Source: Octopus vulgaris
Lineage: Eukaryota
Direction of reading: 5' to 3'
Assembly (NCBI GenBank): GCA_951406725.2
Contig: OX597817.1
Span: forward strand, 95,542,001-95,606,000
Length of the DNA stretch: 64,000 nucleotides
In this document: in pieces, positions 13,292 to 26,662 of the stretch
Layout of the letters: every line of letters starts with the position of its first letter
Numbering within the stretch: the stretch's first letter is position 1
Notes under the pieces: generated by a model
Seen by the model: only the letters and a program-made list of their open reading frames with translations
Databases searched by the model: none
What the model was told of the DNA's origin: nothing
Translations under genes and position numbers: made by a program

Positions 13292-14012
13292 TCTATGTAT
13301 ATATAAAAGAGGCTTTGGGTCAAAATTGTGTGCACGTTTTGCTACGTCAGAGGTTGGCCGCCACACCAGTGGTCAGATCGAGTTGAAAATTGACACAGTC
13401 ATAGAAGGCGTGATGAGTTGAGTAGGTTAAAACTCAACATCTGGAAAGATGCGGTTCCTATGCTGAGAAGATTCAAGGGGACTCTAAGCCCCTCCAGATT
13501 GGCGCAATTGGCATCTAATCCTATCTATAAAATGAAGAAGGCGAACGTAGACACAGATTGGATTTTTATGTAAAAAGGGGTCTAAATGGGGCTGGAAGGG
13601 GATTCAAATTTACAGGAGGGGGTAACTTGAGGGGGGAAATTGATTGGGAGACGTTTTGTAGCGCTACAGTGGTTGCTTTGGTGTGAAAACTAGGATTTTA
13701 TTGATTTTGGGGGACACTTGGTGGTCTAGATCGGACACCTTTTGCCCGATTTCAATCAAATTTTCAACATGGTAAAGTGGAAGCGGATTTGTAATTTAAA
13801 CGCGGAAATCTAATTTTTTTATAAATGGCAGAGAGATAGATAGAGAAAGATAGAGAGTAAGAGAAAGTGAGGGAAAGTCCAAGAAAAAGGAAGAGTAAGA
13901 GAGTGTGAAAATGAGAAAGGATAGAGAAACAAAGAGGGAGAATGTTGCGATAAAAAACAGAAAGTAACAACCACAACCTCACCCGCGCGTAGAGCGGGTC
14001 ACCTTAAGCTAG
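13292..14012 (+). mobile_element. Non-autonomous Helitron B (complete termini)
   Basis: 5' TCTATGTATATATAAAA; 3' GC hairpin ACCCGC-GCGTAGA-GCGGGT (13981-13999), then CTAG (14009-14012) followed by T. Confidence 0.8.
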
Positions 14013-14330
14013 TCAATATCTATAAATCTGAAATGCGGAAAGTTTGTTGTCTGATTTTGGCATTGAAACGGGTTAAAGGCCACTACATCCCGTCGGATTG
14101 ACTCCAAAATTTACAGGGACATGTAAAATGAAGTGAGGATGTGAGTGGGCCAGGTTAGAAATCCCTATTTTAAAAGTTGTCGTTACTATGGCAACAAACG
14201 CACACTTTGACAAGTCTCCTCTCATTCTTTTATCTGCCTGTCTTCCTCATTTTCTCCCTCTTTCCTCCCTTCCTTTCAATTTCTCTCTATAACGTCGTTT
14301 GACAGTGTCTGCTATCTTTACCCCGCCACC
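14013..14330 (+). mobile_element. Second copy of the Helitron A 5' region
   Basis: Close copy of 12215-12530 beginning TCAATATCTATAAAT immediately after the CTAG of Helitron B. Confidence 0.75.
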
Positions 14331-14559
14331 TTCACTCTTTCTTCCACATCCCTCCTCTCTCTCTCTCTACGCCTGTCTGCATTCGTAGAGAGAATTATTA
14401 TCGCCACAACCACCGCACAATCATGAGAACAAATATTATGAATCAGATATTTATTGGGTTAATTTATGTGTGTGTGTGTGTGTGTGTGTGTATTCTATAT
14501 ATAAATATGTATATATGATGTATATATACAAAGTGTATATATCTGTATTTATATATATA

Positions 14560-15713
14560 CTAGCTGAAGGTGACCCGCTCTACGCGCGGGTAAGAGTGTG
14601 GTTGTTACTTTCTGTTGCTTCCTTTCAGCACGTAAAAAGCACCATCCGAACGTGGCGGATTGCAGCGCCGCCTTGACTGGCTTCTGTGCTGGTGGCACGT
14701 AAAAAGCACCAACCGATCGTGGCCGTTGCCAGCCCCCCTGGCACCTGTGCCGGCGGCACGAAAAAAGCACCCACTATGCTCACAGAGTGGTTGGCGTTAG
14801 GAAGGGCATCCACCTGTAGAAACACTGCCAGATCAGACTGGAGCCTGGTGCAACCTCCTGGCTTCCCAGACCCCGGTCAAACTGTCCAACCCGTGCTAGC
14901 ACGGAAAACGGACGTTAAACGATGATGATGATGATGATGATGATTCTCCCTCTTTGTTTCTCTCTCCTTTCTCTCTCACTTTCCTCACTCTCTTACTCTT
15001 CTTTTCTCTCGGACTCTCCCTCACTTTCTCTTACTCTCTATCTTTATCTATCTATCTCCCATTTATAAACAACAAAAGATCTTGAATAAGTTGAGAAATA
15101 AAATATTTAGAAAGATCAATCATAAATATCAGGCAGTAACAACGGAAAGGTCTGCTTCAAGGCAGACAGCAAAACACTAACATTTAAAAGGGACAGACGA
15201 ACTTGCGAGCTGAATAAAAATAATAAAATATTGGAAACCAAAGTTTGAAGGGATAGAATCTGAGGGTAGTAGAGTCAGCATGGCTGACATTTCTTAACGA
15301 CGGAGAGCAACGTTTTGACAGTTTAACGGCTGGCGTAAAATTTTGAACTTGATGTAAAAGAAAATCCCTAAACACCAAGTTTTGAAGTGATTCTTTTTCA
15401 CAACATACATACTCACCATGGCAAGCATTCAAAACTTCTTCATCATGGACGGCAACACATTCACGATTAAAAGGCTGGCGCAAATTTTTTAGCTTGATGT
15501 AACAGAGAATTCCTAAACACCCGCTCCTTGAAATTTTAATCCCCTTCGAGCCCCATTTAGACCCCTTTTCACATTTTGGTTAATATAACGCGATTTCATT
15601 CGGGTGTACTGGGGCCACATTTTATAAGATGAGGAATTTTGTCCTAGAGGTCACGTCTTTCATTTTAACATAGGTGTGCATATTTTCAGCTCAACCGACC
15701 ACATAATGCAGAC

Positions 15714-15776
<63 letters not shown>

Positions 15777-15809
15777 GCATTAAATATATATATGTACATA
15801 TATACGCAT

Positions 15810-15852
<43 letters not shown>

Positions 15853-15877
15853 ACGCATTATATATACAAATGTATAC

Positions 15878-15910
<33 letters not shown>
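14560..15910 (-). mobile_element. Inverted mosaic Helitron (B-type 3' end, A-type internal region) interrupted by a SINE
   Basis: CTAG plus the same hairpin, reverse-complemented, at 14560-14591. 14944-15068 is the reverse complement of ~13820-13945, and 15575-15900 of ~12570-12930. Confidence 0.7.
14620..14943 (+). mobile_element. 3' portion of a SINE with internal GGCACGTAAAAAGCACC repeats and a (GAT)n tail
   Basis: Three internal repeats at ~60-70 bp spacing, a GGTTGGCGTTAGGAAGGGCATCC block, and an RTE-type ending GACGTTAAACGATGATGAT. Confidence 0.7.
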
Positions 15911-15924
<14 letters not shown>

Positions 15925-16049
15925 ATATGTAAAAAAACACAAACTGGGACAAGAACGCAAAACATTTAGAAGACGATACAAAAAACACGGACGGGACATT
16001 CGAAGCCTTCAATCTTCAGTCAAGAACCGGATCAGCCTCGCAATTTCGG

Positions 16050-16140
<91 letters not shown>

Positions 16141-16184
16141 TTATATATATTGTTACGACCGTCGCTCAATTCAACTTAAGGACA

Positions 16185-16560
16185 TGTGATGCCTCCTTAT
16201 TTCTTTCCACAAACCCTTAGAGTTAACTCTGCCACCAACATTGAGGCCCTGGAAATAATTGTTAAGCCCTGGATAGACAGTGTATGCAATGGAAGGCCAT
16301 ATGTGTTTCAGTAAGAATCTGCGCTATCACACATAGGTCTAGTAACACAGAAATGGATGGCTGAAAATATTCATGATCACAAAACCCCGAACATTTAGTC
16401 TCCTAATTCCCCAGATCTCAATCCATTGGGTTATTACATGTGAAGCGGTTTTGAGAGGGAGGTCAATGAACACGCCCATAACACCAAAGATTCTTTGAAA
16501 GCTTCCACAATCAGAGTAATGTCCAAAATGAACCAGGATCACTTAATTGGAGCATATAGA
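16185..16560 (+). mobile_element. Tc1/mariner-superfamily (maT/DD37D-like) transposase pseudogene fragment
   Basis: [40 protein letters not shown], with in-frame stops. Confidence 0.8.
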
Positions 16561-16869
16561 TGATTATGATCTCATACATATATATATACACGCACATATA
16601 CGCGCACGCGCACACGCACATAGACACACACAAACACACACATGTATTATGTACATATATATATATTGAAATACTTTGAAATGTTTAACTGAGGAAGATC
16701 TCACGCAATGGAAGCATTTCTTACTATATATTACGCAGACCTGAAACATACATATTAAGTGATTTGAAAATATCACTATTTGGTTTGACTTCATTATTAG
16801 AATTAAACGACTTGATGCCTGTACAATCTAGCCAGTTCAAGGATTCGGAGCAATCGGTTTCGATTTGAG

Positions 16870-16957
<88 letters not shown>

Positions 16958-16965
16958 ACATACAT

Positions 16966-17005
<40 letters not shown>

Positions 17006-17029
17006 ACACACATAAACACACACACACAC

Positions 17030-17062
<33 letters not shown>

Positions 17063-17066
17063 TATA

Positions 17067-17700
17067 CACGAGGGGGTACACAAAAGAAACCGGAATTTTG
17101 CAATATTATTTTATTCACTTACATGTTTACACTTTTTATCGTCTTCAAAGTTTTCTCCATTCCACGCAATGACACAATGCATCGGTCCAGAGGCGTTTTC
17201 CACTGTCCTCGAACTCTTGCGAAGTGATACTTTTTAAGACCTCTGTCGTTTTATTATTCACCTTTTCCACATCTGCAAAGCATTTTCTTTTAAGGACTTT
17301 TTTCATCCGGGTGAACAAAAAAAAAAGTCGCAGGAAGCAAGGTCGACTGCATACGGAGGGTGGGTAAGGGGGGTCATACCATCTTTGGTCAAAAACCGTT
17401 TCACACTCAAGGTGGTCTGCGTAGGCCTATTGTCGTGATAAAACCACCATTCTCCACTTTGCCATAGGTCGGGGCGTTTTCGCCTTACCGCGTCTCGCAA
17501 ACGCTTCAGAACTGCCAAAATCTCTGGTTAATAGTTTGACTAGGAAGAACAAATTCTGTGTGGACAATTCCTTTCACAACGATGTAACAAACCAGCATCG
17601 TCTTGACATTGGACTTCACTTGGTGCACTTTTTTTTGGGGGGGGGGGGGCGTGATGAGGTGATGAGATCGAATGCTTCCATTGACTTGATTGCTGCTTCA
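17067..17700 (-). mobile_element. Mariner transposon 3' part with terminal inverted repeat
   Basis: LRDAVRRKRP..HDN..HPPYAVDLASCDFF (ORF 17303-17518); terminus TA|CACGAGGGGGT at 17065-17077. Confidence 0.85.
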
Positions 17701-18049
17701 CCGTTTACTTTACCGTATTTATCTAAGTCATGATAAAATCCTTAAGAAGATGCACAATGTTGTAAACGCATAGAATCGAAAAAAACCAGAGTATTAAAAA
17801 AAAACAAAAACAAAACAATATTTAAAAGAATCAGGAATTGAGGTTCATTCTTTTGAGAATTAACCTAATCTCCTCGAAAAGCAATATATAAGTTAATATC
17901 TATTGTTGTTAATACTTATTGTTGTGAGTTTCAGAAATTTTAATTAGAAATACTTGTGACGAGAAAAAGTCAATGGCTAATATAAATTTAATCGTTTCAG
18001 TGCGTTCGAGGGACAGCATTCGATATGTTTCAGTCATTCGATATATTTC

Positions 18050-19890
18050 CTCAACAGCGCATAATACTGTAATTTCCGAAGACATAGTGGGATAACCACT
18101 AAGTAGACGTATACTATTGTGCAAAGAGAGATGTAGATTTACATTCTGCTCAGGCAGGACAAGCCAAACCATGAAGTAAGTATCATAATATAAAATCAAG
18201 TATCTAGTACATAATTACGACAAACGGCACTCAAGCACTTATAGAGGAAGAACAGTTACTAGAACTACAACACTAAAAATAACGAAGTATATACATATTA
18301 CTACCAACCTCACCGGCCGTTCACCAGATTACACACATTCCAAACACAGTTACGGAAAAACGTCAATGCAAATAAAATATACTGCTATGCTATAGATAAC
18401 ATCAAAATTAAACTCCTTTTTTTACCCTAAACACTAATTAAGTTCACTAGCTTTTCTTCAACATCCACGAAGCTTCAAGTAAAACCATATGGTAAACGAC
18501 ACCACCCTAATACCGACCACCTGCCGTCATCATTATAACATAAATTAGCAAAACTAAAACAACTGTAACACTTCAACTCAGCATCAAGCATCTAAATAAG
18601 GAAGTAACAATCAAAAGAAAGAACAGAAGAGCTGACAAATATTTGCATCCAACATAAATCACAAAATAATAAGTAAAGCACTCTGCAAAAAAGTTAGCCG
18701 TATAAATAACTCTAACGCCACCCGGTACATTAACAACTTGAAATAAGGTACTTACAGCAAACAAATTCTTTTTATCAGTTTGTCTTTCTTTAGAAAAACC
18801 ACTCAAAGAAGACAGAAACATAACTAAAACTATGGAAACTAATGCACATAAAAAAAGGTAACGAGACTTTAAACTAGAATATGATTTCCCTTTATCAGAA
18901 GCAAAGGAAATAAGAAAATAACAAAACTTAAACTCCCCAGACCCTAATAAAATTGCAAGTATACTTGTAAAGCAATTAGGGCTTGAGAACAGTTACTGGG
19001 TTCACCAGTATCTATACCTGTTAATGTCAACAGTAACAAACCCATAATTAAGAAACTGCTTAAAATCTCACAAATTCGAAATTAAACAAAACCAATGAAA
19101 GGTAGCGTCAAACTAATAAATATACAATGAACACTCTCAATATATCTTTGTAGATACATCGTTGATATCAATAATTTCTGCAGTCCTCTCTCTAAATCAC
19201 AATTATGTTTCGGTCCTCTTTCCTCATTTGTCATATTTCTTATCTACATTACATAACAGACTAAACACGCATGCACACACACAAGAAAAAAATACGCTAG
19301 CTCGCAAACAAGATCTCAGATCATTAAACATGTAGTATACGAGAACGGTGTATGAAGAATTTGCAATTTTTCAAATGGAACGTCAGAAGGATCCGTATTA
19401 CATTCATCTCTATTTAACCTGTGCCTGATCGACTTTCCTACACTTCTACAAAACATATATATTACTCCAGTTCCATATCGTTCAGAAAATTGATTCTCAA
19501 ATAACAGACTTACAGAAGCAAATAAAAATCTGCCGTCTCTCTTCTAACCAGCAAAGAATATCTCATACAACCGACCATCACATGTAAGCACACTATAATC
19601 ACATGCACAACCGAAAATATACATACTAGGAGTTTCATGTAATGCCTCTACCTCATACATAGATCGTAAACATACACAGTGCTAACAGGTACAACATTCA
19701 ACCTATAGAAAAAGAAAAATTATGGTATACAGACAACACCTTAGATCCATCATAGATTATTTTAGCTCTGTTCGAATCTCCATTCTCTCCATAACTGACC
19801 ACAATAAACTACAAAAATCACAAAACCGCAGGTTGCATTATAAAAGGTTGCACGCAGACCATTCACACAGACGACTTATACAATGAAATT
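18050..19890 (+). mobile_element. Highly decayed Jockey/I-group LINE ORF2 remnant
   Basis: Scattered motif relics TDHLP (~18512), SPDPNKIASILVKQL (~18933) and TDDL (~19867) in APE-to-RT order, with A/C-rich strand bias. Confidence 0.35.
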
Positions 19891-20299
19891 AAAATTGCTG
19901 AAACTGAAAGACTACCTGTATATGGAAAGGGAACAGTTCGTTGTCGCATAAAGCCCTAATCCACCCATGTCTCGCAAACCATTCGGTCACATCTATGACT
20001 TTCCTAAAATCAATATCTTTACAATTCAATCTGTTGAAGGAATAAAAATGCACAAATACGCTGCATCCCGTACAATAACCCATTGTACGTCAGAATTTGT
20101 TGCATGGCTCTTATCAAAGTGGAAGTTTATGTCTGTGGGTTTACTCATTCAGAGTTGGCATATTATGCAACTCAAGACTTGCGGATACGTAGCTTAACTA
20201 CTATCTCTGTTGATACGATGTTGCTCTTGAGGTACATGAAAGATTGATCAAGTTTCTAGCTAATGATGTCCCTAAATTCCAAATTGTGTCTGATGAATT

Positions 20300-20600
20300 T
20301 CGTTTTATAACATTAACATAGTAAACAATATTTCTTGCGGCATCTTTCAGGCTGCTGGAGAAGTAATGATAAATTGGGTAGCAACACCCTATTCAGGATG
20401 CCTTGAAGGGGTCATGATCGCGTTCGTCGTCTTGCAAGCACGTACGTCATTTAGTCAACAGTTGACATTAGATGTCATCGAGAAAAACTATCACATGCTA
20501 TGAAAGATATAGACAGGTGGAGGACAAGGCCATAAGAATCGGAGTAAGCTCGAGTAGATGATGACGACGACCATGATGATAACGATGATGATGATGACAA
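20300..20600 (+). mobile_element. Decayed RTE-like LINE 3' end with (GAT)n tail
   Basis: LSHAMKDIDRWR-like C-terminus followed by GATGATGAC repeats. Confidence 0.4.
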
Positions 20601-21956
20601 TGATTATAATGATCTAGATGGAGTGAGAGAGATAAACTAAAAGACGTCAGAACTAATCATGTTCACAGGGGCATAAGAAATGTAGACAGATGTGCAAATT
20701 TATGGTGACTATTCATCGCATATCTCGTTTCAAAACACTGTCGAAAGGATATATCTCGCCAGGTGTAGTGACGTGAGTAAATGAAATTTGGTAGAAACTC
20801 TGCGAACTTCAGGTTCGATTTGTATGTGCGGACTTGTGTAACGATGCTAAGTCGGTAAGACAAAGTCAACACAACTGAACTTGTATGAGAATGCAGGATA
20901 TTGCAAGAGTAGCTGAATGATCTTCAGATCGCGTAGTACTTCCTAATCTGGCGCATGTCTTGGTAATAAAATAGCATTCCTGATTTTTGCTCGGCATGAT
21001 GTCTCCTAAACTAGCATTGTAGTATGTTGTCAATTGAACTGCTGGCCTGCTGTTATTACCTTCAAAACTGAGGAGATCAAGGTTACTTATTTTTTCCATG
21101 CCTCATTTAATAAAATGCGTATAAACCACTAGCCATACCTACGGATTTAACATACATATGAAGGCATTTTTGGATGGGTTTTGAGTTCCTGAGTTCGTCA
21201 GTCCTTTGACAGGTCTTGTTTTTCATTCTGTAGAGTATCCAAAATCACCTGCTAAATCGTGTGGGTAGTGTATCACATTAAGTCTCTTCAGCTGCATGTA
21301 CCATTTGATTCTTATAACGTGTAATAAATGACTGGCCTTGACTGGCCTTGATCAATATGGTGATCCCATATTGATCAAACAGTTGAAAGTTGTTATAATT
21401 GTGCATCCCTTTCATTTATAAAAACAACACGATCATGTTAGACTATTCGTTCCTTTTTATGACAAGAGTTTAACCTGCTAACCGATATATGTTTCAGTGT
21501 CTGACCGTGGGCCAATAAAATCATAGATTTTGACATTGAAGAATTCCTTTGAGTTAGATCGAAAATGGCTTATAAAATGACATTTATTTTATGAGTGAAC
21601 GTTTGATAGAACATTGAATTCCCATTCAGTGAATAGTTTAATTCCAGATCTGCTCCGGACCTATTCATAATTATAAATTAAGAGAGATCCTTGTGTGTAT
21701 TAGCTATGGGCATAGGTGAAGATGAAATATGTACACCGGTAAAGAGATCAAGCTGATTGAAATAATCAGCTTTCTGTAATATAGAAAATGGATTACTGTA
21801 ATTTCACACGTGTATGTACACACGCATTCATACATTTGCATATGTGTTTGTATGGGTACACACAAATACACACACACACACACTCATACACATATAGCTT
21901 AGCTACATGTCTTCATATAAATGCGAATAAATTCATATACATAATCGTACATACAC

Positions 21957-22043
21957 ATGTGTGTGTATGTGTATGTATGTATGTATGTATGTATGTATGT
22001 ATGTATGTATGTATGTATGTATGTATGTATGTATGTATGTATG

Positions 22044-22074
<31 letters not shown>

Positions 22075-22100
22075 GTATGTATGTATGTATGTATGTATGT
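21957..22100. repeat. (TATG)n tetranucleotide microsatellite
   Basis: Directly visible. Confidence 0.95.
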
Positions 22101-22473
22101 GAGTGTATGTGTGTGTGAGTGCGTATGTACGTGCATGCGTGCTCGCGAGTATGAATTGTATGCCTGTATGTATTGCGCGGAGTATTTGTGTGGTATACCG
22201 GGAGAAACAGTAAAAACAGAAATGGATAAATCAAAACATACCCAGAGGAAACAGAATGCTGCGACGAGTAGATATCGTGTCATCATTATTGCAGTGATGC
22301 GATATAATGTTATATTAATGACCAAATCATCAAACTTCTGAGTGATGTCTAATTTTATAGTCCACGATGTTCACAACGTTCGCATACAACTAAAGCTGCT
22401 CTTTAAATACGAGAGTTTATATGTTGCACATATTAGTAAAACTAATTGTATGTATGCAAGACTGTACGTGCGC

Positions 22474-22539
<66 letters not shown>

Positions 22540-23019
22540 GTATGTATACATATGTATGTATGTATGCTGTGCTTGCATATATAGGCTGTGTGCGTGTGTA
22601 TGTGTCTGTACGTGCACGATTTCCTTGTCACTTTCGCATATATGTATACGTATGAGTGTGCGGATACGTGTGTGGGTACGTGTGTGGGTACGTGTGTGGG
22701 TACAGGTTTAGGTACGTGTGAGAGTACGTCAACTAAAACTATAATTACATTGGATAGTGTTGTTCGGCTGAACACCAAAATTAGAAGCAGGAGGAAACAT
22801 TTTGTCTCTGAAATTGTAGCAATATCTACACAAAGATTATTGTTGTTGTTATTGCTGATATATGTGTGTATGTGTGTGTGTGTATGTGTGTGTATGTATG
22901 TGTGTGTGTACAAACATATACATTAAAACAATATAAACACAGCTATACCTGAATATGTGTACATACACACGCATTCAAATTAGATTCATAAATAAACATA
23001 CACATGTACATACATGCAT

Positions 23020-23052
<33 letters not shown>

Positions 23053-23401
23053 ATATATACGACACACACACATACATATATATACATGTGTATGTTTATA
23101 TTGTTTCATAGCCCAATTTTATCTCTTTGTAGATCTTGCACTGTTTTGTTTAATGTGTCGTTCTCTGGGCGTGATTTGAAAGTATTTAGTAATTATTTTA
23201 AGCAGATCGAGCAAATACGTACAGGAATCCTCATTGGAGTCTATGCGTGCAAGTGTATATGTATGCGTTTGTGTATGTATGTGTGCAGTTAAGACGCTCG
23301 CTTCGCAGTCATGAGGTTTCATGGACAAGTGTCTGCTACAATAATTCCAGGTCAATCAATGTCTTGTGATTGAATTTAGCATGCAGGAAATGTGTGAAAG
23401 T

Positions 23402-23452
<51 letters not shown>

Positions 23453-23551
23453 TTTATTTAAAGCAGCAGAAAATTCAACAAAACCTGTTACTCTGAGTTT
23501 CCCATTGCCGTTCATCGGACATATATATATATATAACACCTGCATCTAGCA

Positions 23552-23598
23552 AAAACTGTCCGATGAACGGCAACGGGAAACTCAGAGTAACAGGTTTT
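23552..23598 (+). ncRNA. Minimal type I hammerhead ribozyme variant (core CCGAUGA) in a Penelope-type terminal fragment
   Basis: CTGT-CCGATGA-ACG-GCAA-CGG-GAAA-CTCAGAG-TA-ACAG. Helix I CTGT/ACAG, near-palindromic helix III, GUA site. An inverted copy lies at 23452-23521. Confidence 0.6.
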
Positions 23599-23697
23599 GT
23601 TGAATTTTCTGCTGCTTTAAATAAAGCATATTACTCTACCACTGGTATTTGAGTACTCTTTTTTCCACCTTGTTTCACATTTATGTGTTTACTCCGG

Positions 23698-23732
<35 letters not shown>

Positions 23733-23881
23733 GCAAATTTTGCGGATGCCGCCGATATACGAGGTTTCCAGTCTTATCGTTAAAGCATGAAACTGGATAT
23801 TAGTATTTTTGGTCGATAATTGAGGAAGGATTAGGGTCCTTGTGTCTGCTCTACGTGTACGTTTTGCAGTATTTAATGCAT

Positions 23882-23932
<51 letters not shown>

Positions 23933-23935
<3 letters not shown>

Positions 23936-24872
23936 TAAGTAATTAAGGGTTTAGCAACGATTTGCCTCACCACACACCGAATTTAGAAATAGCAGTCAAA
24001 GAGTTATAGCTATTCTTTCTACTAAAAGGGAAATCTCAGTAAAACCACAGCACTTGAAAGGCAAACACAGACAGGCAAGAGAGAAAGAAATGACGGCAAT
24101 CTATCATACAATTTTAAGTCACCTACGGACGTACGTTTCGAAATTAAGTTTTAGGAAAGCATAAGAATTAGATAATTATGTCTTACCCAACTTCTTTTCT
24201 CATCAGCGTAGGACACTACAATTATGAATAATTGTATATTAAATTTCGAGGTACTAGAAGGCATCATCTCAACTCAGTATCAGAGCGAGCTAAAGCCGTT
24301 ACCAGTATCACCAAATTCAAAGTGTGAATGAAAGTTTGTGTCACCAACCTCTTCCCACCAGCGTGTAGCCAAGACAATATGTTGTGGTCATCTACTGGGA
24401 TGAAATATGGTTATCAGTAATAATATAGGGTGAAATTAATTAATTTGGAATAATCATTAATTTCACCAAGTAGATTTCGGCATGTAAAAGCCTCATTCGA
24501 GGAAAGTTTAAGTAATACTAAGTAATTAAGGGTTTAGCAACGATTTGCCTCACCACACACCGAATTTAGAAATAGCAGTCAAAGAGTTATAGCTATTCTT
24601 TCTACTAAAAGGGAGATCTCAGTAAAACCACAGCACTTGAAAGGCAAACACAGACAGGCAAGAGAGGAAGAAATGACGGCAATCTATCATACAATTTTAA
24701 GTCACCTACGGACGTACGTTTCGAAATTAAGTTTTAGGAAAGCATAAGAATTAGATAATTATGTCTTACCCAACTTCTTTAGCTCGCTCTGATACTGAGT
24801 TGAGATGATGCCTTCTAGTACCTCGAAATTTAATATACAATTATTCATAATTGTAGTGTCCTACGCTGATGA
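23933..24872 (-). mobile_element. Non-coding HHR-bearing partial-tandem element (583-nt unit) with a 5' inversion, adjacent to (TA)n
   Basis: 23933-24197 is repeated at 24516-24780 (2 differences seen); 24777-24872 is the reverse complement of ~24200-24295. Confidence 0.85.
24122..24212 (-). ncRNA. Type I hammerhead ribozyme with long helix II
   Basis: CCTACG-CTGATGA-GAAA..(long stem)..TTTC-GAAA-C-GTAC-GTC-CGTAGG. Perfect 6-bp helix I, intact core, palindromic ACGTACGT helix III, GUC site at 24128/24127. Confidence 0.88.
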
Positions 24873-25070
24873 TTTCTGAAGTCACGTTCAGGTTGGAGGA
24901 CCAGCCTGGGTTCTTCTACAAAAACGGTCTCCAGAGCTGCATCAAACGATGGGAGAAATGCGTAACTCTGGGTGGTTCCTATGTAGAAAAAGACTAATAA
25001 CTGTGCCAAGTTTCGTTGCTCTACTGCTATGGGAAGTGGGTCAAGGGCATTACTTATTGAACGCCCCTCG
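24873..25070 (+). mobile_element. Mariner transposon 3' end
   Basis: FFYKNGLQSCIKRWEKCVTLGGSYVEKD* followed by the terminus TTGAACGCCCCTCG|TA. Confidence 0.85.
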
Positions 25071-25739
25071 TAATTTTGAAATATCTATAAAACCGTCAAA
25101 AGCTTGTTTATTTTTAGGCTTTTTGATTTATTATTAGTGTTGCTTAATATGCTTTGCTAAAATTGCTGTTTCTTTTCAGATATCATCAGAAAAAAGTTAT
25201 TAAAATTCATTAAAATGACAGATCTATTGGCAGACTTCTGGAAGATAGACTTTTCTTCTTAAAGTATTTAAGAATTTACATAACTGTTTTAGAGTTTCAA
25301 CAACAAATAATGCTAATAGCAACATTATTCAGTATCGTTGTCATTCAAAAATATAGACCTAAATATTATAAATCTATATCACAATTTTGCATTATGCTAC
25401 CAAAGGGCTTGCATCCTAATTTACAAATTACAGATACTTACAAATTGCAAATATTTTTAGCTTTAGCTCTCTTCGATGATATAATTACAAAGAAAATATT
25501 GTTCACCAATGAATGATGGAAGTACATACTGCTAAATGTTTGTCAGCTAATCCAAACTCATTGCTTGGTGGGAGTAAAATAAATATAGATAATCCTGCAG
25601 CAATGGGAAGATCTCAAAGCACACTGTATGGTTGTAAACTGCTTTAAATCGAATGTTTCGAGAAGAAAACGCTTAAATATACTAACTTAACTTATCACAA
25701 TGATAATTTTAACGAGGTTCAGTGTCATCAGCCAGACCT

Positions 25740-26662
25740 GCTCGAAATACGTGTTGAGTGACGAAATTGTTCTGCACGCACTAGTCCAGTGCGACTAGTG
25801 GGATTATGTCAAATACCTGCTCTCGTGTATAAGACAGATCCGACTATCAGCTGAGTCCATTGTAAAGATCATCTCTCCGCCTTCCTTTGAGTGGAAGAAC
25901 ACGCAATGTTTTTCTGCCTGGTGGTTTTAACGAAAGGTGACTTAGTGGTACTGGACAAGAACATCAGTGAAAGCCATACATTCAGACTAGGTGTGGGGCG
26001 GTTAGAGGATTTCCTAATAAACTGCTGTTCTTTAGTGCTAGTGAGGGATTTGAAAGCTGTCTTCGATGCACGTTGGATGCTGTGGTGTTAACTGATAGGA
26101 GGTGCGGATGCAAAAGCTCCGCAAACCTGGCCAGACGTTTCCAACTGTTTGACTGGTACCGGCGGTTTCATCATATTTCTACTAAAAGTAGGATTATATT
26201 GAAATGAAGATTTTGGTCTAGGTGTTTGCTAAGAAATTGGTGCTTGATCTCGGTGGTCTAGTCGGTGATGGGCAAATATGTGTCTTCTTGACAGTCTCCA
26301 CCTCATGTAAAATATCATAGACAGTGTAGGTAAGGAGCTTGGCATGGGTGGGGACATTATTTATCGAAAGCTTTCGATAGAGTCGACCATAAATTCTTGT
26401 CGACTGTCCTAACAGCAAGTGGTTTTGTCCCCGTTTTCAGGGATTGGATCACCACTGTGTACAAAGGCATCATCTCGGTCCGGAAACTAAATGGCTACCT
26501 ACTAGGACTATTCAGTATCATGGGCTCGGTCCCTCAATGTTGTTCCTTGTCGTCCCTTTTGTATGTACTGACTCTAGATCCACTACTGCTGAAAATAGAG
26601 TTTCATGAGAATCTTGTACGAACTAGGATACATTGGCACATGCAGGCGACGTCACCCTCATA
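25740..26662 (+). mobile_element. Degenerate, rearranged Tx1-like LINE fragments
   Basis: VLHALVQC C-terminal motif (~25770) precedes RT relics FRDWI..SLLYVLTLDPLL (ORF 26397-26663). Confidence 0.6.

Noticed and set aside
15930-16053. TA-flanked insert with CTGAAGA..GAATGTC on the minus strand
   Set aside because: It may be a PLE terminus, but helix I is absent, so it was not called as a ribozyme.
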